Assembly: GCF_009914755.1 (NCBI RefSeq)
Contig: NC_060932.1
From: the human T2T-CHM13v2.0 reference genome, Homo sapiens
Direction: 5' to 3' (one strand)
DNA: 64,000 nt
In this document: one piece after another, positions 10,278 through 27,829 of the stretch
Position numbering within the stretch: position 1 is the stretch's first letter
How the letters are laid out: each line of letters starts with the position of its first letter
Made by a program: the position numbers and the translations under genes
The notes under the pieces: generated by a model
Told to the model about the DNA's origin: nothing
Seen by the model: the letters and a program-made list of their open reading frames with translations, nothing else
Database searches by the model: none

Positions 10278-13200
10278 AAGAAATCATAAAGCACAAATTT
10301 TGACCTTCCCCTCTCCTTAATGTATTTGTCACCATATGGAAAAGACATCACTTGGCAGCTAAATTTTCTTAACTAGGTAAAATATTTATTATTAATGTTT
10401 CTAAAATGAAAGAGCTTTTATAAATCAATAAGTACAAGACCTATAACCCAATTCAAAAATGGCAAAGGACAAAATGGGCTGAATTTTTTAAGAGAGAATT
10501 ATAAAAGCGTCTTTTAAAGAAAGCTTTTAAAATATCAAATTTCAGATGATCCAGAAACTAACCCTTCAGCCTTCTTATCCTAGGATCTCCATGTCTTTGG
10601 TGAGGCTCTGGTCCCAGTCCTGCCCTGGCCTCCCCTGGGGCCTTGAATGGCTGTAGTCCTTATCTTCAGCTGCGTCCTCTGCAGCAAATGGCAGGTGCCC
10701 CACTGCCTTGTATGGTGACTTTCTATTTCATGCATACATGCCTGGCTTCCCTAAATACATTTCAAGCCCTGTAAAGACAGAGATGGTATCATGCATATTT
10801 TTATCACTCCACAGATAGCACCTAGCACTCAATAAGTGGGCTGACTACTAAAACCCAATTCAAAGCATCCAGGGTGCACAGCCCTAAGCCTCATGCGACC
10901 CTCATTCCACTGCAACTACTCTTCCAGCAGAGCAGAGTGTGGAGGGGGCCCACTCTGGAGTCCAAGAGCTAAAAATTCAGGACTAACCACTGTGAAATGC
11001 CTGTGAAATGCGGCAGCTCCAGAGTCACTCGAAGCTCTCTGTGTTCTCTCTGGAAAATGAGGCAGGTCTTCACCCAGTACCTTCCTCCTCCCTCAAGCAT
11101 TTGAAGGAAATGAAAGGATGTGGGATGCACATTTTACTTGTGAGGCATGACCTCAAAAAATGAAGTCCTTTCCATAATGGCTTTCCAAATATCAGCATGA
11201 GTAGGAGACAGTGACCGTATATTAGGAATTCAAAACTAGGGCAAGGGATGTAGCAAAATATTTGTTTTCTATTTCATTCCTTTGTCTAGGTGAAATCACA
11301 CAAAGGCACAATAATGAAACTAAACTTAGCTATACATTTGAAATTGACACTGTCCTAGAAAATCTGGTGTGTTCAGTCATGGTGTAAAAACCATAAATAA
11401 CACTTTTATTATTTAAGCAGTATGATTTTTACTTTCGAGTGAAAGTAGGCTTCAGCTTTGTGCCTTCATACTATCTCTTTTTCCACCCCCCTTAAGAAAA
11501 TAAGAGAAATAAACTAAATTATAAGAACTCTCTTGAGTATCTATCAAAGGTTTAGTTGTCCCTGAAGGAAAGGGAAAACATTTCAAGTGATTTTCTAAAA
11601 TGCTTTGTCTAAAACAGCATGTCCTTACATGTACTTTTTGCCTTTTGAAGATGAGAGAGAGAGAAAGAAAGAGAGCAAGCCTCAAACAGTTGTTTATGTC
11701 AGTGTCTTTTAAACTGCCTGGTCATAAAATATCCTCTTTGAGAGAAGGATTCTCCCTTTGTGTCCCATAGATCAACTGCTTAATTCTGAGAGTTAGAGAA
11801 TGAATATTAAATATGCAGATTCCACTGGTACTTGCATTTGTATTAAATATCAGCTCCATACAATTTAAATTCACTGGGGTATGAAATGTACCAAATTCCA
11901 TGTTGTGGGCCATACTCGGCAAAGCAGTCCATTTTGATTTAACAGTTTCAGGACATTAATGGTGGGAAAGACTTTTGGGGGTTCCTGTTCCATTTTGAGT
12001 AATTAGGGAAAGAATGTGGGTTTCTTTATTAAAACACAAATTAGACAGCAGCCGCCGGAACCTCCATCATTCTTGTGGGTAACCACTTGCTACAACAAAT
12101 GACCGTGACCTACCGTGGGAGGCTGGAGAAATCTTGCATTTACTTGTCCGTGTATGCCATTTTCTCAGTTATCATTTATTTATGCCAAATTCTGTTTCTA
12201 AAAGGGAGAAGAGGAGAATAAATCTAGGCAATGCCAAGAAAGAGGAAAATGTGTGAAAACAAGAGGAAAACAAAGGGGGTGACTTTCAACACTACATCTT
12301 TGCTTATTGACTTCAGCCCTACAATACCATTTCAATGAAAACATAATATTAGCAGGATTTCTTGAACCTAGCATTGGAAGAATGAAAGGTTGTTCAGAAA
12401 ACTTCTCCCAGCACAGTCTCCTAAGTAGAGAAACTTGGAAGAACATTTTCATAGCTTTCTGTTCTAGCTGATAGCTGTTGTGAAATCAAACTCCCTCCCC
12501 CTCCACCCACACCCCCACTCCCACCATGAAAATCAAACCTGTGGAGCCAGTGACATTTTGACAAAGCGTAAGAGGAGACTGTGGCTGCCAGGAGGGTGTC
12601 AGTCAACATGAACCATTCTTAATGATTTCATTAATTATTAATGAGTCTTTAGAAAGTTGGTATTAGAATATACAGGCTTCATGAGGTTTGAAAACAGTAA
12701 GGATATTTTATTATTTAACATACCCTGATGAATAAAGCAGGTGATTTTGTTTCTTTAAATCACAATCACATTTATTAGTGAGCCAGAGTTGTAAATAATC
12801 TGAAAAAGAGAAAGAGGAAGACAGAGACAGGGACAGATGGAGAGGTAGAGAGAGACTTGCAAAGCTAGATTGCCCACCTAAATTCTGTTTTACTTCAGTT
12901 AAATTCTTCATAAGAAATATGCAGCTGAAAGATGTCATGAAATATTATCCAGCGATGCAACAATTGACAGGGGTAGGGGAGCTGAATTAAGAAGGTCAGC
13001 TTGCCTTCTGTGAGGCTGGCAGGCCATGTGTAGTGTGAAGCACCCTTCTAGAATAAAGGTCTGCACACATGGAGACAGCTGTTGGACCCCTGCCAGACAG
13101 GACCCACGTTCTAACATAGCTGCTTTCTTGAAAGAACCCATTGAACATGTGTTTACAACACCTGCCACACACCATTTCCTCATTTATAAAGCAGAGTGAT

Positions 13201-13650
13201 CATTGTTTCTAAGGCTGTTGAGAGAATGATGGCAAATAAACCTACAAAAGAAGACGCAGATGTCCTGCCCTTGATGTTAAGCCTAGTGACAATAGCAGGA
13301 ATGTCTTGGCATGGGTCAATATTCTTGTGATGCATAGCCACTTGGCTGTCCTAGACCAGATGTTACATCCGCTCTTGGGGTGGGACCTGAAGATGCTCAG
13401 AGGGGCAGGAAAGCTGCTCTGGACATAGGGGCACAGCTGCGGGAAATTGTTGCCTAAGGAAATTCTCAAACTGTTCCACTGATTTATGCTGCTCTGTAAG
13501 AGAGGACCTGCGAATGTGAAGGTGTCATCCAAGTGATCTGCCACAAGCCAGAATTTCTTCAAATGTGCATGCTTTATTATTCAAATCATGTGGACTTTCT
13601 ATTCTACTCCAAAATGTATCAACTTTGATATATGAGTTAAAGAAATGATT

Positions 13651-13924
13651 TGGGCTCGGTGCAGTGGCTCACACCTGTAATCCCAGCACTTTGGGAGGCC
13701 GAGGGACCAGCCTGGCCAACATGGTGAAGTCCCGTCTCTACAAAAAATATAAAAATTAGCCTGGCGTGATGGCACACACCTGTAGTCCCAGCTACTCAGG
13801 AGGCTGAGGCAGGAGAATCCCTTGAACCCAGAAGCCGGAGGTTGCAGTGAGACGAGATCACTCCATTGCACTACAGCCTGGGTGACAGAGCAAGACTCCA
13901 ACCAAAAAAAAAAATAAATAAAAA
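13651..13924 (+). mobile_element. AluS with left-arm internal deletion
   Basis: GGGAGGCCGAGG joined directly to GACCAGCCTGGCC; otherwise dimeric with an A tail. Confidence 0.9.
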
Positions 13925-14107
13925 TTTCTTGTTTCCATGGCGCAGACCCTTCCAGCCCCTTCCTTATGCAAATGTGCGTGCAGGCACACACCTATGTGGA
14001 CACGCTGCGCACATTCTTCGCTGCTGCCTGCTTTGATCGGTCTGTGGTCCCCTTCATTCCATTTTGCTATATTTTGACTCAGTTAGTACCCAGACCTGAA
14101 TTGACCA

Positions 14108-14180
14108 GCCGAGACTCCACCACTGCACTCCAGCCTGGGCAACAGAGTGAGACTCTGTCTCAATCAATCAATTAATCAAT
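14108..14180 (+). mobile_element. Alu 3' fragment with (CAAT)n tail
   Basis: CCACTGCACTCCAGCCTGGGCAACAGAGTGAGACTCTGTCTCAATCAATCAA. Confidence 0.85.
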
Positions 14181-15689
14181 AGATTTGCCCCAAATATTTG
14201 TGTAGCACTGACTTTCCAGAAACACACTCCGTATTGAAGGAGGCTGGGGTTTAAGCATCCCAAGCCTAAAGCCCCTAGTTTGCCCTCAGCCTGGCTTCCG
14301 GAGATGGGTGAGATCTGTCTCCATCCTATCTGCCTAGCCTTATTCTACTCTCATCTTCATGTAACCCAATTTAATCACAGCCTTCCCATGAATCTGCACA
14401 TTCTGACCTCCTGACCTTCGCATAGCTGCCTCAGTTTCTCCCTCCCACCTTGCCTTCTCGTGTGAGATTGCAGTCATCCTTGAAGGCCCAGCCCACATCT
14501 CCCCTTCCCTCACTACTCCTGTCTGCCCAGCCCTTTCAATTGTACCCTGCACCACAGAGTTTAAAATGAATCACATTCTTGTTTGTATTTTCATTATTGT
14601 TTCCATAGGAACCACCCCCACCCCCCACCCCTGCAATCCACAATGATGCCCACAGCAGTTAGAATTCTCCTAGACAAACATGTATAGAAATCCCAGCACT
14701 GGAGAGTTGATGAGAAAGTGGGCAGATCGGCTCTATTCACAGCTGGGGGAAACTGACCACTTTAACAAAAGGAAGAATGCTCAGGTAACATCTAGCCCAA
14801 AGGTCGCTCAGGAATGTTCAAAGCACTCAGGAGAGAGTGAAGTATCCCATCTTTGGGACACACAAGTCCCACTCAGCATCCATTGAAAGCGAAGCACCAA
14901 AAGCATTGAGATGGTGGCAGGACCTCATTTTCCCTCTTCTCTATTCCCTTACTCTTTCTCCAGCACAGAAGAAGCCTTGGTAAGTAGGGCCTGGGCAGTT
15001 GTGCTTTAGCAAAGACTGCATGTACATTACCCAGGAAAAGTATTAATGACAAACACAAGCAAGGAGACACTGGTCTGCCGTATTTGGAGGAAGCACTTTC
15101 TATCTCAGTGTTGCAGGGCAGGTATATTTGCCCCCTTTGAAATAAACGAGGAGTCCTGGGGGTGGGTGAGGTTGGGGTAGAAAAACTGAAGGGAGGTGAG
15201 AAATGAATTGAAGTGGAAGGCAAGAAAGGGAAGGAACTCCTGGTTGCTCAACAGAAGTGGTTACTGTTAAGATGGAACGAGTTGGTCACTGTTAAGATGG
15301 ACAGGTGATTGATGGAAAAAGCAAACCAACATTTTTGAAGACTCCTCTGTACTCCTCATGTTCAGGACGGGCTCATACTAGAAGTCTTCTCTGACCAGTG
15401 ATGAGCTGTACCTCTTTCCAATCACTGCAGCACAGCCAACTGGTTACATTATAAGGTGACTGGGGAAAATAATTGATATTATGGTGATACCCAAAATTAT
15501 TAAGGAAAAATGAGATTATTCTAATGTATAGTCACTTCAAGACAGCATCACGTGTTTAGAAAAGACAGATCTCAAGAATAACTCTTTCTACAAGAGTTTA
15601 CTATACAATAGTTGCCTTCAATAGAAGGTAGCTACAATAGAAACTACCTTAATCATCTATTTACTTCAAAGTTTAAAAAATACAAAATG

Positions 15690-15834
15690 CTTAGGACAAA
15701 TACCTAATGCATGAAGGGCTTAAAACCTAGATGACAGGTTGATAGGTGCAGCAAACCACCATGGTACATGTGTACCTATGTAACAAACCTGCACATTCTG
15801 CACATGTATCCCAGAACTTAAAGTAAAATTAAAA
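15690..15834 (+). mobile_element. Very short 5'-truncated L1PA (L1PA7/8-like) with 15-bp TSD
   Basis: TTAGGACAAATACCTAATGCATG...CCCAGAACTTAAAGTAAAATT-polyA. AAAAAATACAAAATG at 15675-15689 and 15835-15849, preceded by TTT (TT/AAAA endonuclease site). Confidence 0.9.
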
Positions 15835-16284
15835 AAAAAATACAAAATGTTGTGAAGTGGAAATTAACTACACATCCCAGTCACGGGCTTTGGTTACCTA
15901 AATGTTTAGTTTGGTTTAGACTTAGAGAAAAACACTTTTATTCCTCCCATTCAGATCTGCTTAGAAGCACTCCCCAGCATCTGAACCATCTCTTCCAAGC
16001 TATTCCCCCAGAAGACAGGAAGACTGGGCGGTTTCCTCTGTAACAGCTCCCAGAACTGCAGCTTCCAGTGGTTTCTCCCCACCATTGCCCCTCTTGGTTT
16101 GCTGGTAGAGTGCTGAGCCTTTTATTCTATGTCTTTGCCAAAGGTTTTGAACAACCTTTCTCAAACAGGAGCTAATAAGATTCTGATAGGTTCTCCCCAT
16201 TTCCCTCTCTCCACCAAACAAAAAACAAAACCTCTTTTCTTCTTCTTAACGAGAGTTGCTTCTATTTCAACAGCTAGTTTATAA

Positions 16285-16520
16285 GAAATGAGGTCTCACT
16301 GTGACGCCCAGGCTGGACCTCTCAGCTCAAGCGATCCTCCCATCTCATTAGCTCCCAAGTAGCTTGGACTATAGGTGCAGGCCACCACATGGCTATTTTT
16401 TAAAATTTTTTGTAGAGATGGGCTCTTGCTATGTTGACCAGGGTAGACTTGAACTCTTGGGCTCAGGGGATCTGCACACCTTGGTCTCCCAAAGTGCTGG
16501 GGTTATAGGTCTGAGCCACA
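16285..16520 (-). mobile_element. Diverged AluJ
   Basis: GGTCTCACTGTGACGCCCAGGCTGG...CTCCCAAAGTGCTGGGGTTATAGGTCTGAGCCAC. Confidence 0.85.
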
Positions 16521-17984
16521 AACACTTTTTTTTTTTACTTCACTTTATCATCATAAAAAGGGGGAGGAGGGGCTGTTTTAAACAAGGTCTCTTCCCACGT
16601 GTAAAAAGTAGGGAATGCCCAATTATGACCAACTGCCCTGGAGACCAGGGCAGGGGGGCGGGTTTTAAGCTGCAGCAGATGACAGATGGGCTGGCTATAA
16701 AGAGGCGATCTTGGATCCTAGACTGGAAGGCAGTGCCAGCCCCTCCGCAAATCTTAGGAAACAGGAAGACCCTCTCCTCCTGTTGGAATGCTGTCAAAGA
16801 GTGTTCCTGCAGGCGAGGCTTCCATGTCCCCTGGAGATACCCTCTCATCTTTCTTCCCTTCCTTATACTTCCTACTTTCCTTTTCAATTTCCCACATTAG
16901 ACCCTCATGACAGATATTCCTAAAGGTAACTTCTTTCTCTTACAAATCAGCCTATGCTGATTTTTGAGCCAGTGAGAAGAAAGGGGACATGAAAATCTCA
17001 TCTCTAGTCTTACTGGAGGGAATGCATCTCCACCTCTTCACCTAGATTTCCTAGGGGGGAAAAACAGAACAGCAAATACTTAATTTTTTTTAAAGATTTT
17101 AGGCTAAAAGTTATTTATGAGACCAGTATGACATACAGTCATAGCATAATGACTACAGAACACATTACTGATTTTTCTCAGGAGTTGGGTTGTGGGGGAT
17201 TATTCTCAGGTAACCTCAGCAAATGACTCCTTAGTGCTGAAATTCATTAAAATTACTCCCATTTCTAATCAGGGTGGGTTGTCTGAGGGGGGCCAAGGAT
17301 CAAGAAAGTGACAGATGGGAAAGAAAAGAATGACGGTGCCAACATTTCGGCTTAAATCCTCTTAACATCAGTTTTACAAAATGTCTGAGTGACGGAGTTT
17401 CAGAATCCAACTCTGCCTTTTAGCTATTAAAGAACTGTTAAGAAGGGCTTAGACTTCCAGAGGAAAGCTTTGAAATTGACACAAGCTCCTTAAAAAAGTC
17501 TCCACAGCCCAAGATACTGAAGGGCTGGAAAAGGACGGAGCTGCCAACATATTTAGAGCCACTGCTGTGCTTAGGGCTGGCCTTGAATCTTTTTTCCAAC
17601 TTCTGAGGCACTGCTAGGCTTCTGTGATTTACAGGGTCTAGGAACCAGTGTTCTCTTCATGATTCTTCCTCCTTGGTGCCACTGAGGGTGGCATTTGTGT
17701 AAAGAAATATGGTTCTTCTGCCCTCGTAGTGGGCATAGTGGAATGGCCTGGTCTGCAGGAATAAGAGCACAAATGTGGATTCATGAGTGGAAGTTTTAAT
17801 AAAGCTTATAGTCAGTTCCACAGGAAGTCCTAGCTGGAATTCACCATCCCGACTGGTTAAGAAAATATTTTCTGAGGTTATGAAGTAATCACAGATCTTC
17901 TTGGAGACTGGGCTTGGAAAATATGTCTGGACTCCTCATCCTGATGCTGAAGGTCTTGAGTGGTAGATAAACAAAAGTTCGTCA

Positions 17985-18536
<552 letters not shown>

Positions 18537-18929
18537 TCATTTCCAAGTATGTTCCCAGGAAGGATTTTCTTTCTTGACTTCACATTTAAAGACTAGGAAT
18601 GTCTCCTAAACATCACATCTTTGTAAGTTTCTATACACACAAGCAACTCTACACAAAGCTACCCTCAACTTTTCCAACTTATCTCCTCAAACATCTCCAC
18701 CAAATGTTGAAGGGTCCCTAACCTAGCCTGCAACTACCTCAGGATGGTGGGATATATGTCATTAACAGAAGACCTGCTTAATGTTTTAACTTGAGTTGCT
18801 CTGGGAGATGTACTTCACCTCATCGCTGCTTGTTTATTTCTGATCACTGCTAAGGCCACTGGTGTTTATGAGAGATTAGTGAAGAGTTCTAGTTTTAGAG
18901 AAGAGTTCTGAGATATATGAGTGTGCTTG

Positions 18930-19362
18930 CATTCATCGTCTCAAACTACCGTTACAAAATACCACAGACCAAGTGCAGACTGAGTGGCTTAAACAAAGGA
19001 AACTTATTTTTGCACAGCTCTCGAGGCTGAAAGTCCTAGATCAAAGTCTCTCAGGGTCAGGCTCTGTTGAGGGCTCTTTTCCCAGCTCACACATGGCAGT
19101 TTTCTGGCTGTGTCCTCACATGGAGGGAGGAGAGGAAGCTCTTTGGTGTCTCTTCTTATGAGGACACTAATCTCGTTGATTAGTTGGTGTTTCTTCATAT
19201 TAGGACACTAATCCTGTGGAATCAGGGTGGGCCCTATCCTTATGGCTTCGTTTAACCTTAACCACTTCCATAAAGGCCCTATTTCCAAATATAGTCACGT
19301 GGACAGGTGAGATAGGGCTTCCAACATAAATATGGGTAGGGGAGGGATACAATTTACTCCAT
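18930..19362 (-). mobile_element. MaLR solo LTR (MLT1A-like)
   Basis: ACAAAATACCACAGAC...GGCTTAAACAAAGGAAACTTATTTTTGCACAG...CTGTGTCCTCACATGG...TTTAACCTTAACCACTTCCATAAAGGCCCTATTTCCAAATATAGTCAC. Confidence 0.8.
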
Positions 19363-19401
19363 GGGAGTGTTCCCTCACCTCATTAAAATAGTTTGAGTAT
19401 A

Positions 19402-19693
<292 letters not shown>

Positions 19694-19864
19694 TTATATA
19701 TGTAATTCTCCATGGAGATGAAAAAACGGAAAGGATGAGATTCCAACATCTTTTACCTTCCAAATTGTGATTGTTCGTGGTTTCCGTAAACTGCCTTTTC
19801 TTTCCTTTTATTTTGCCTCTCCTTTTTCTTGTCACTGTTGTTGCCATTAAGTTCACTAATTTTC

Positions 19865-20188
19865 TTTATTTTTTTTGAGATGGGAGTCTCGCTCTGTCAC
19901 CCAGGCTGGAGTGCAGTGGCGCGATCTCGGCTCACTGCAAGCTCTGCCTCCTGGGTTCACACCATTCTCCTGCCTCAGCCTCCCGAGTGGGACTACAGGC
20001 GCCCGCCGCCACGCCCGGCTAATGTTTTGTTTTGTTTTGTTTTGTTTTGTTGTTTTGTTTTTGTATTTTTAGTAGAGACGGGGCTTCACCATGTTCGTCA
20101 GGACGGTCTCAAACTCCTGAACTTGTGATCCGCCCGCCTCGGCCTCTTAAAGTGCTGGGATTACAGGCGTGAGCCACCGCGCCGGCCC
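19865..20188 (-). mobile_element. Young Alu (AluY-like right arm) with 15-bp TSD and (GTTTT)n-expanded linker
   Basis: GCAAGCTCTGCCTCCTGGGTTCACACCATTCTCC, many intact CpGs. AGTTCACTAATTTTC at 19850-19864 and 20190-20204. Confidence 0.92.
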
Positions 20189-21739
20189 GAGTTCACTAAT
20201 TTTCAACGTTTGAACATTAAAAACAAAGCATGGTACATAAGCCTGACTGTAGGTTACAATAGATGGTATCCTACACTATTGGCAGCCTCCCCTCCTGCCT
20301 GCTATATTCCTGCCTTTCAGAGCCTCCAACTGTATCTTCAGTCTTTAGAGCCCCCTCCAGAATCCCGGTCTGCACACTTCTCCTTAAATTCCTCCTCCTG
20401 TTCCTGGCATGCTCTGTCATTCCAAGTCCTACAGCCTGTTCCCCCTTGTTGCATGAACAGACACACTCTGAAGGCAGAGAGATCTCTTCCACTGGGAGAT
20501 CTCTGGAGGAGGGTCTTATACAAAGTGGTGCTCAATAAATGCTTCAAGGAAGAATGACACTTCTAACATAATTGCCGTTTTCGTAGCATAGCAGGATGGA
20601 AGAAAAGACTAGTGTACCGATATTTGGCTCATTCTTTTTCATCTGGCAAGTGCTGGATCAGGAGTCAGCAGATCTGGCGTTAATTCTCACATATGTCCTT
20701 TTCTACCCAGAGCTTCTCTAAGCTTCAGCTTCCATGACTTTAAAAGGTAATCAGCACCTATCTTACAACACTATTAAGGAGGGTTACTACATTAGATAAT
20801 GTAGCTAAATTCATCAACACAGTGCTAGACATACCATAATTCTCAATAAATGTATTTTGAATTTGAATAATGTTACATGAGAGTAATGCATTACTTCCTG
20901 TTAATTTATATATGGAAGAGTGCCAAACCATTCACTGCTTTTCAGGTGAACTCTCCTTCACTGAAGTACATTACTACGAAGTATATTATAGTTTCTTCTT
21001 TATGAATTTTAAAATAATTCCTCTTAAGACTGTTACTTGAAAGGACTTTTGGAGGCCAAAGATGATAGTGATTTTTTATTTGTTAGGTATTACTTAGTGA
21101 AAAAATTATCAATCCTTTTAAACATGAACATTAATTCAAAAGAGACCATTCGGAAACGAGGTATGGGGGACATTAAACAATAAATACAACTCAGTTCTTT
21201 TAACACTTATCGAACTCATGTTAATCTGACCTGATTTTATTCTCCCAAATATTAGAGTAGAAAATTCTTTCAAATGAGTTTATAAATTACTTTTCTACTC
21301 AAGAATCTTTAAGATCTGGATACTGACTTGAGCATTATAGGGACATGTGTCAGTTTAGCACAAATAGTTTTTAAAATACTATGTAATAGAAACTATTTAA
21401 TACAACTAGTGTTTTGAAGAAAACTCCTTAAGAATGCATTAATAAACAAGAATGCCTTGAAAACTTTTATTAATAATCAAAATAAAATAAAAATAAATAT
21501 ACTACAAATTAGAGACAACAAAATACGCCTAGAGTAAATTAATGTTTAATTAAAATAACACCAGAAATTAATAAATTTGGAAACTAAAACTGGAAGAATG
21601 AATTCCTAAATTATGACGCTTTGACTAAAGCAGACACTGAAATTAATAAATTGCTAACTCACCCAATCAAGTAAAAGAGAGTAGTACAATTATTCAACAT
21701 AAGAGAAAATAAAATGGAAATAACCTCAAATATGTGATG

Positions 21740-21975
21740 TTTTAAAATATGCATACATTGTGGAATGGCTAAATTGAACTAATCAGCATATGCATTCCCT
21801 CATGCAAGCATTTTTTTTTTGTCATGAGAACACTTATTTACCTACTCTCCTAGTGATTTTCAAGTATTCAATACATCGTTATTAACTATAGTTACCATGT
21901 TGTACACTAGATCTCTTGAACTTCTTCCTCCTAACTGAAATTTTGTATACGTTGACCAACATTTCTCCAACCACC
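21740..21975 (-). mobile_element. L1MA 3' end fragment
   Basis: TACATTGTGGAATGGCTAAATTGAACTAATCAGCATATGCATT...TTAACTATAGTTACCATGTTGTACACTAGATCTCTTGAAC. Confidence 0.75.
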
Positions 21976-22099
21976 AACCAGCAATTCTTCTTGATAAAAA
22001 TTTTTAATGATATAGGAATAAAAGGTTACTTAATAGAAAATGTAGAACTCACATATGTATATTTGTGTATATCCATGTATAGAGATCACCACAAAAGCC

Positions 22100-25470
<3,371 letters not shown>

Positions 25471-25684
25471 ACGTTTAAAGTCCTTGACTTTATTCTTTTC
25501 TTTAACGAGACCTTACTGTTTACATCTAATCAAAAAAAGAGTGTTCAACATAGGGAGAAAGTAAGGTTTTGAAGTCAAATACTATTAAAGAGGAATGGTC
25601 ATAAACTAGGAAAGCAAATGTTCTCCACCTTTTCCGTTTTCTCATCCGCACATCCACACAACTACTCAAAAATAATATTTACTG

Positions 25685-26381
25685 AAAAAGACATGATTTT
25701 AATCTTTTTATGGCTGAATAGTATTCTGCTGTGTATACATACTACATTTCCTTTATCCAATCATCCTTTGATGAATGCTTAGGTCAGTTACCTGACTTTG
25801 CTGTTGTGAATAGTGCTGCAATAAACCTGGAAGTGCAGGTATCCCTTTGATACAATGACTTCTTTTCCTTTGGGTCGATACCCAGTAGTGGGATTGCTGG
25901 GTCGAATGGTAGTTCTATTTTCAGTTCCTTGAGAAATCTCCATACTGTTTTCAATGGAGGTTGGGCTAATTTACATTCCCACCAACAGTGTATAAGCATT
26001 CCCTTTTCTCCACTTGCTCACCAAAGTCTGTTATTTTTTGTCTTTTTAGTAATAGCCATTCTGACTGGTTGCCTTTTGCAGTAGCACGAATGTAACTGGA
26101 GGCCATTATCTTAAGTAAAACAGCTCAGAAACAGAAAGTCAAATACCATATGTTCTCACTAATGAGAAGTAGCTAAATGATGGGTACACATGGGCATAGA
26201 GTGTGGAATAACAGACACTGGAGATGAGAAAGGGTAGGGTGGTGAGGGGGACGTGGAGATGGGAAGTTACCTAATAGGTACAATGTGCATTATTCGGGTG
26301 ACGGTTACCCTGAAAGCCCAGACTTCACAGCTAGTCAATATGTCCATGTATTCGTAACCCTTAAACTTATACAAATAAAAA
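25685..26381 (+). mobile_element. L1PB-like element with 5' inversion (twin priming)
   Basis: 25685-26069 is the antisense ORF2 end (track [37 protein letters not shown]). 26070-26381 is sense, with an L1PB-type 3' UTR (GGTGACGGTTACCCTGAAAGCCCAGACTTCAC). Degenerate TSD AATATTTA(C/A)TG at 25674-25684 and 26382-26392. Confidence 0.88.
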
Positions 26382-27450
26382 AATATTTAATGGGTTTTAT
26401 GCACAACAACTATATCTCTGTGTGCATAGGGAGGTCACCCCTACTCTTCCAGCCTCAGTTCCTGCACTTTTATAATGAGATCTTTGGAGCAGATATTCTC
26501 CAATGTCCCTTTTAGCTCCAGAATTCTATAAAACATCACTTTGATCTTTCCCTAAGGTCACTTTATTAACTTACTTCAACATTAGCCCACAAATTGGGGT
26601 TTACCAGCTGCTTAGTATTGCTTGAAGCTTCCTCTTCATTTAAATAAAATGGTTCCCTTACCAACCTTTCTCTTAAAGCCAAGTTTATGATACAAACATA
26701 TTCAATTTATGTGTTCCTTTTTTAGTTCCCAAAGCTTGTATTTATATACACCCCAATTTAAACCATTTTCTGTTCTCTAAAAGACAGTATTCTTTCTTGT
26801 TCAAACTATGCCTAACCAAATATGGTAATCTTTATGGCTAAGCTGGAGGTATAATGTGTTTTCCTCTCATAGGATTTTTTAAAAGACAAGACAGTGCTCA
26901 GGAAAGAACGTTCCATTTGCTGTTAACTTCAGAGATTTGCAGAAGAGTCCTCTGCCCTGCTTTTCTGAAAGGCACCTGGGGTTCAGGACAAGCTTCTCTT
27001 GTAGACCCGGGTGCATTGCTTGCCAGAGAGATCTCTGAAAGGTGGTTCTGCTTTCCAGGGAACTATTTAGCCAATATGCATTACCCAGCTCCTCAACCTT
27101 TTTATGATTCCTGCCTGATGCTGCCTTTTGGTGATTTCTGGTAAAGCATCAGCACCTTATCATCTGCTTTAGTGACCAGCTTGGGAGAGTAACGTTAAGT
27201 CACGACCAGAATATGTCTTGGTGGAGCATGAACAAAGCATAGATTTTTTGTGGGGGAAAAAAGGTGTTACTTAGTTTCAAATTGCCATTCAATGATTTGT
27301 TAGTAGATTTAGTGACATTGTATACATTTCTCAGGCTGTTAGACTCTCTATTTTTTAATCCATAAAATAAGAGTAATAATAGCTACCTTACAAGGTTTTT
27401 GTGAAGATTATAAGAAACACATAAAATGTATAATATATATAATAATATAA

Positions 27451-27799
<349 letters not shown>

Positions 27800-27829
27800 C
27801 TGAGAAAACCATTTTTAATGAATAAATTG

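Noticed and set aside
15258-15301. 19-bp direct repeat TGGT(T/C)ACTGTTAAGATGGA, CRISPR-like at first glance
   Set aside because: Only two copies with a 6-nt spacer in mammalian DNA; a simple local duplication.
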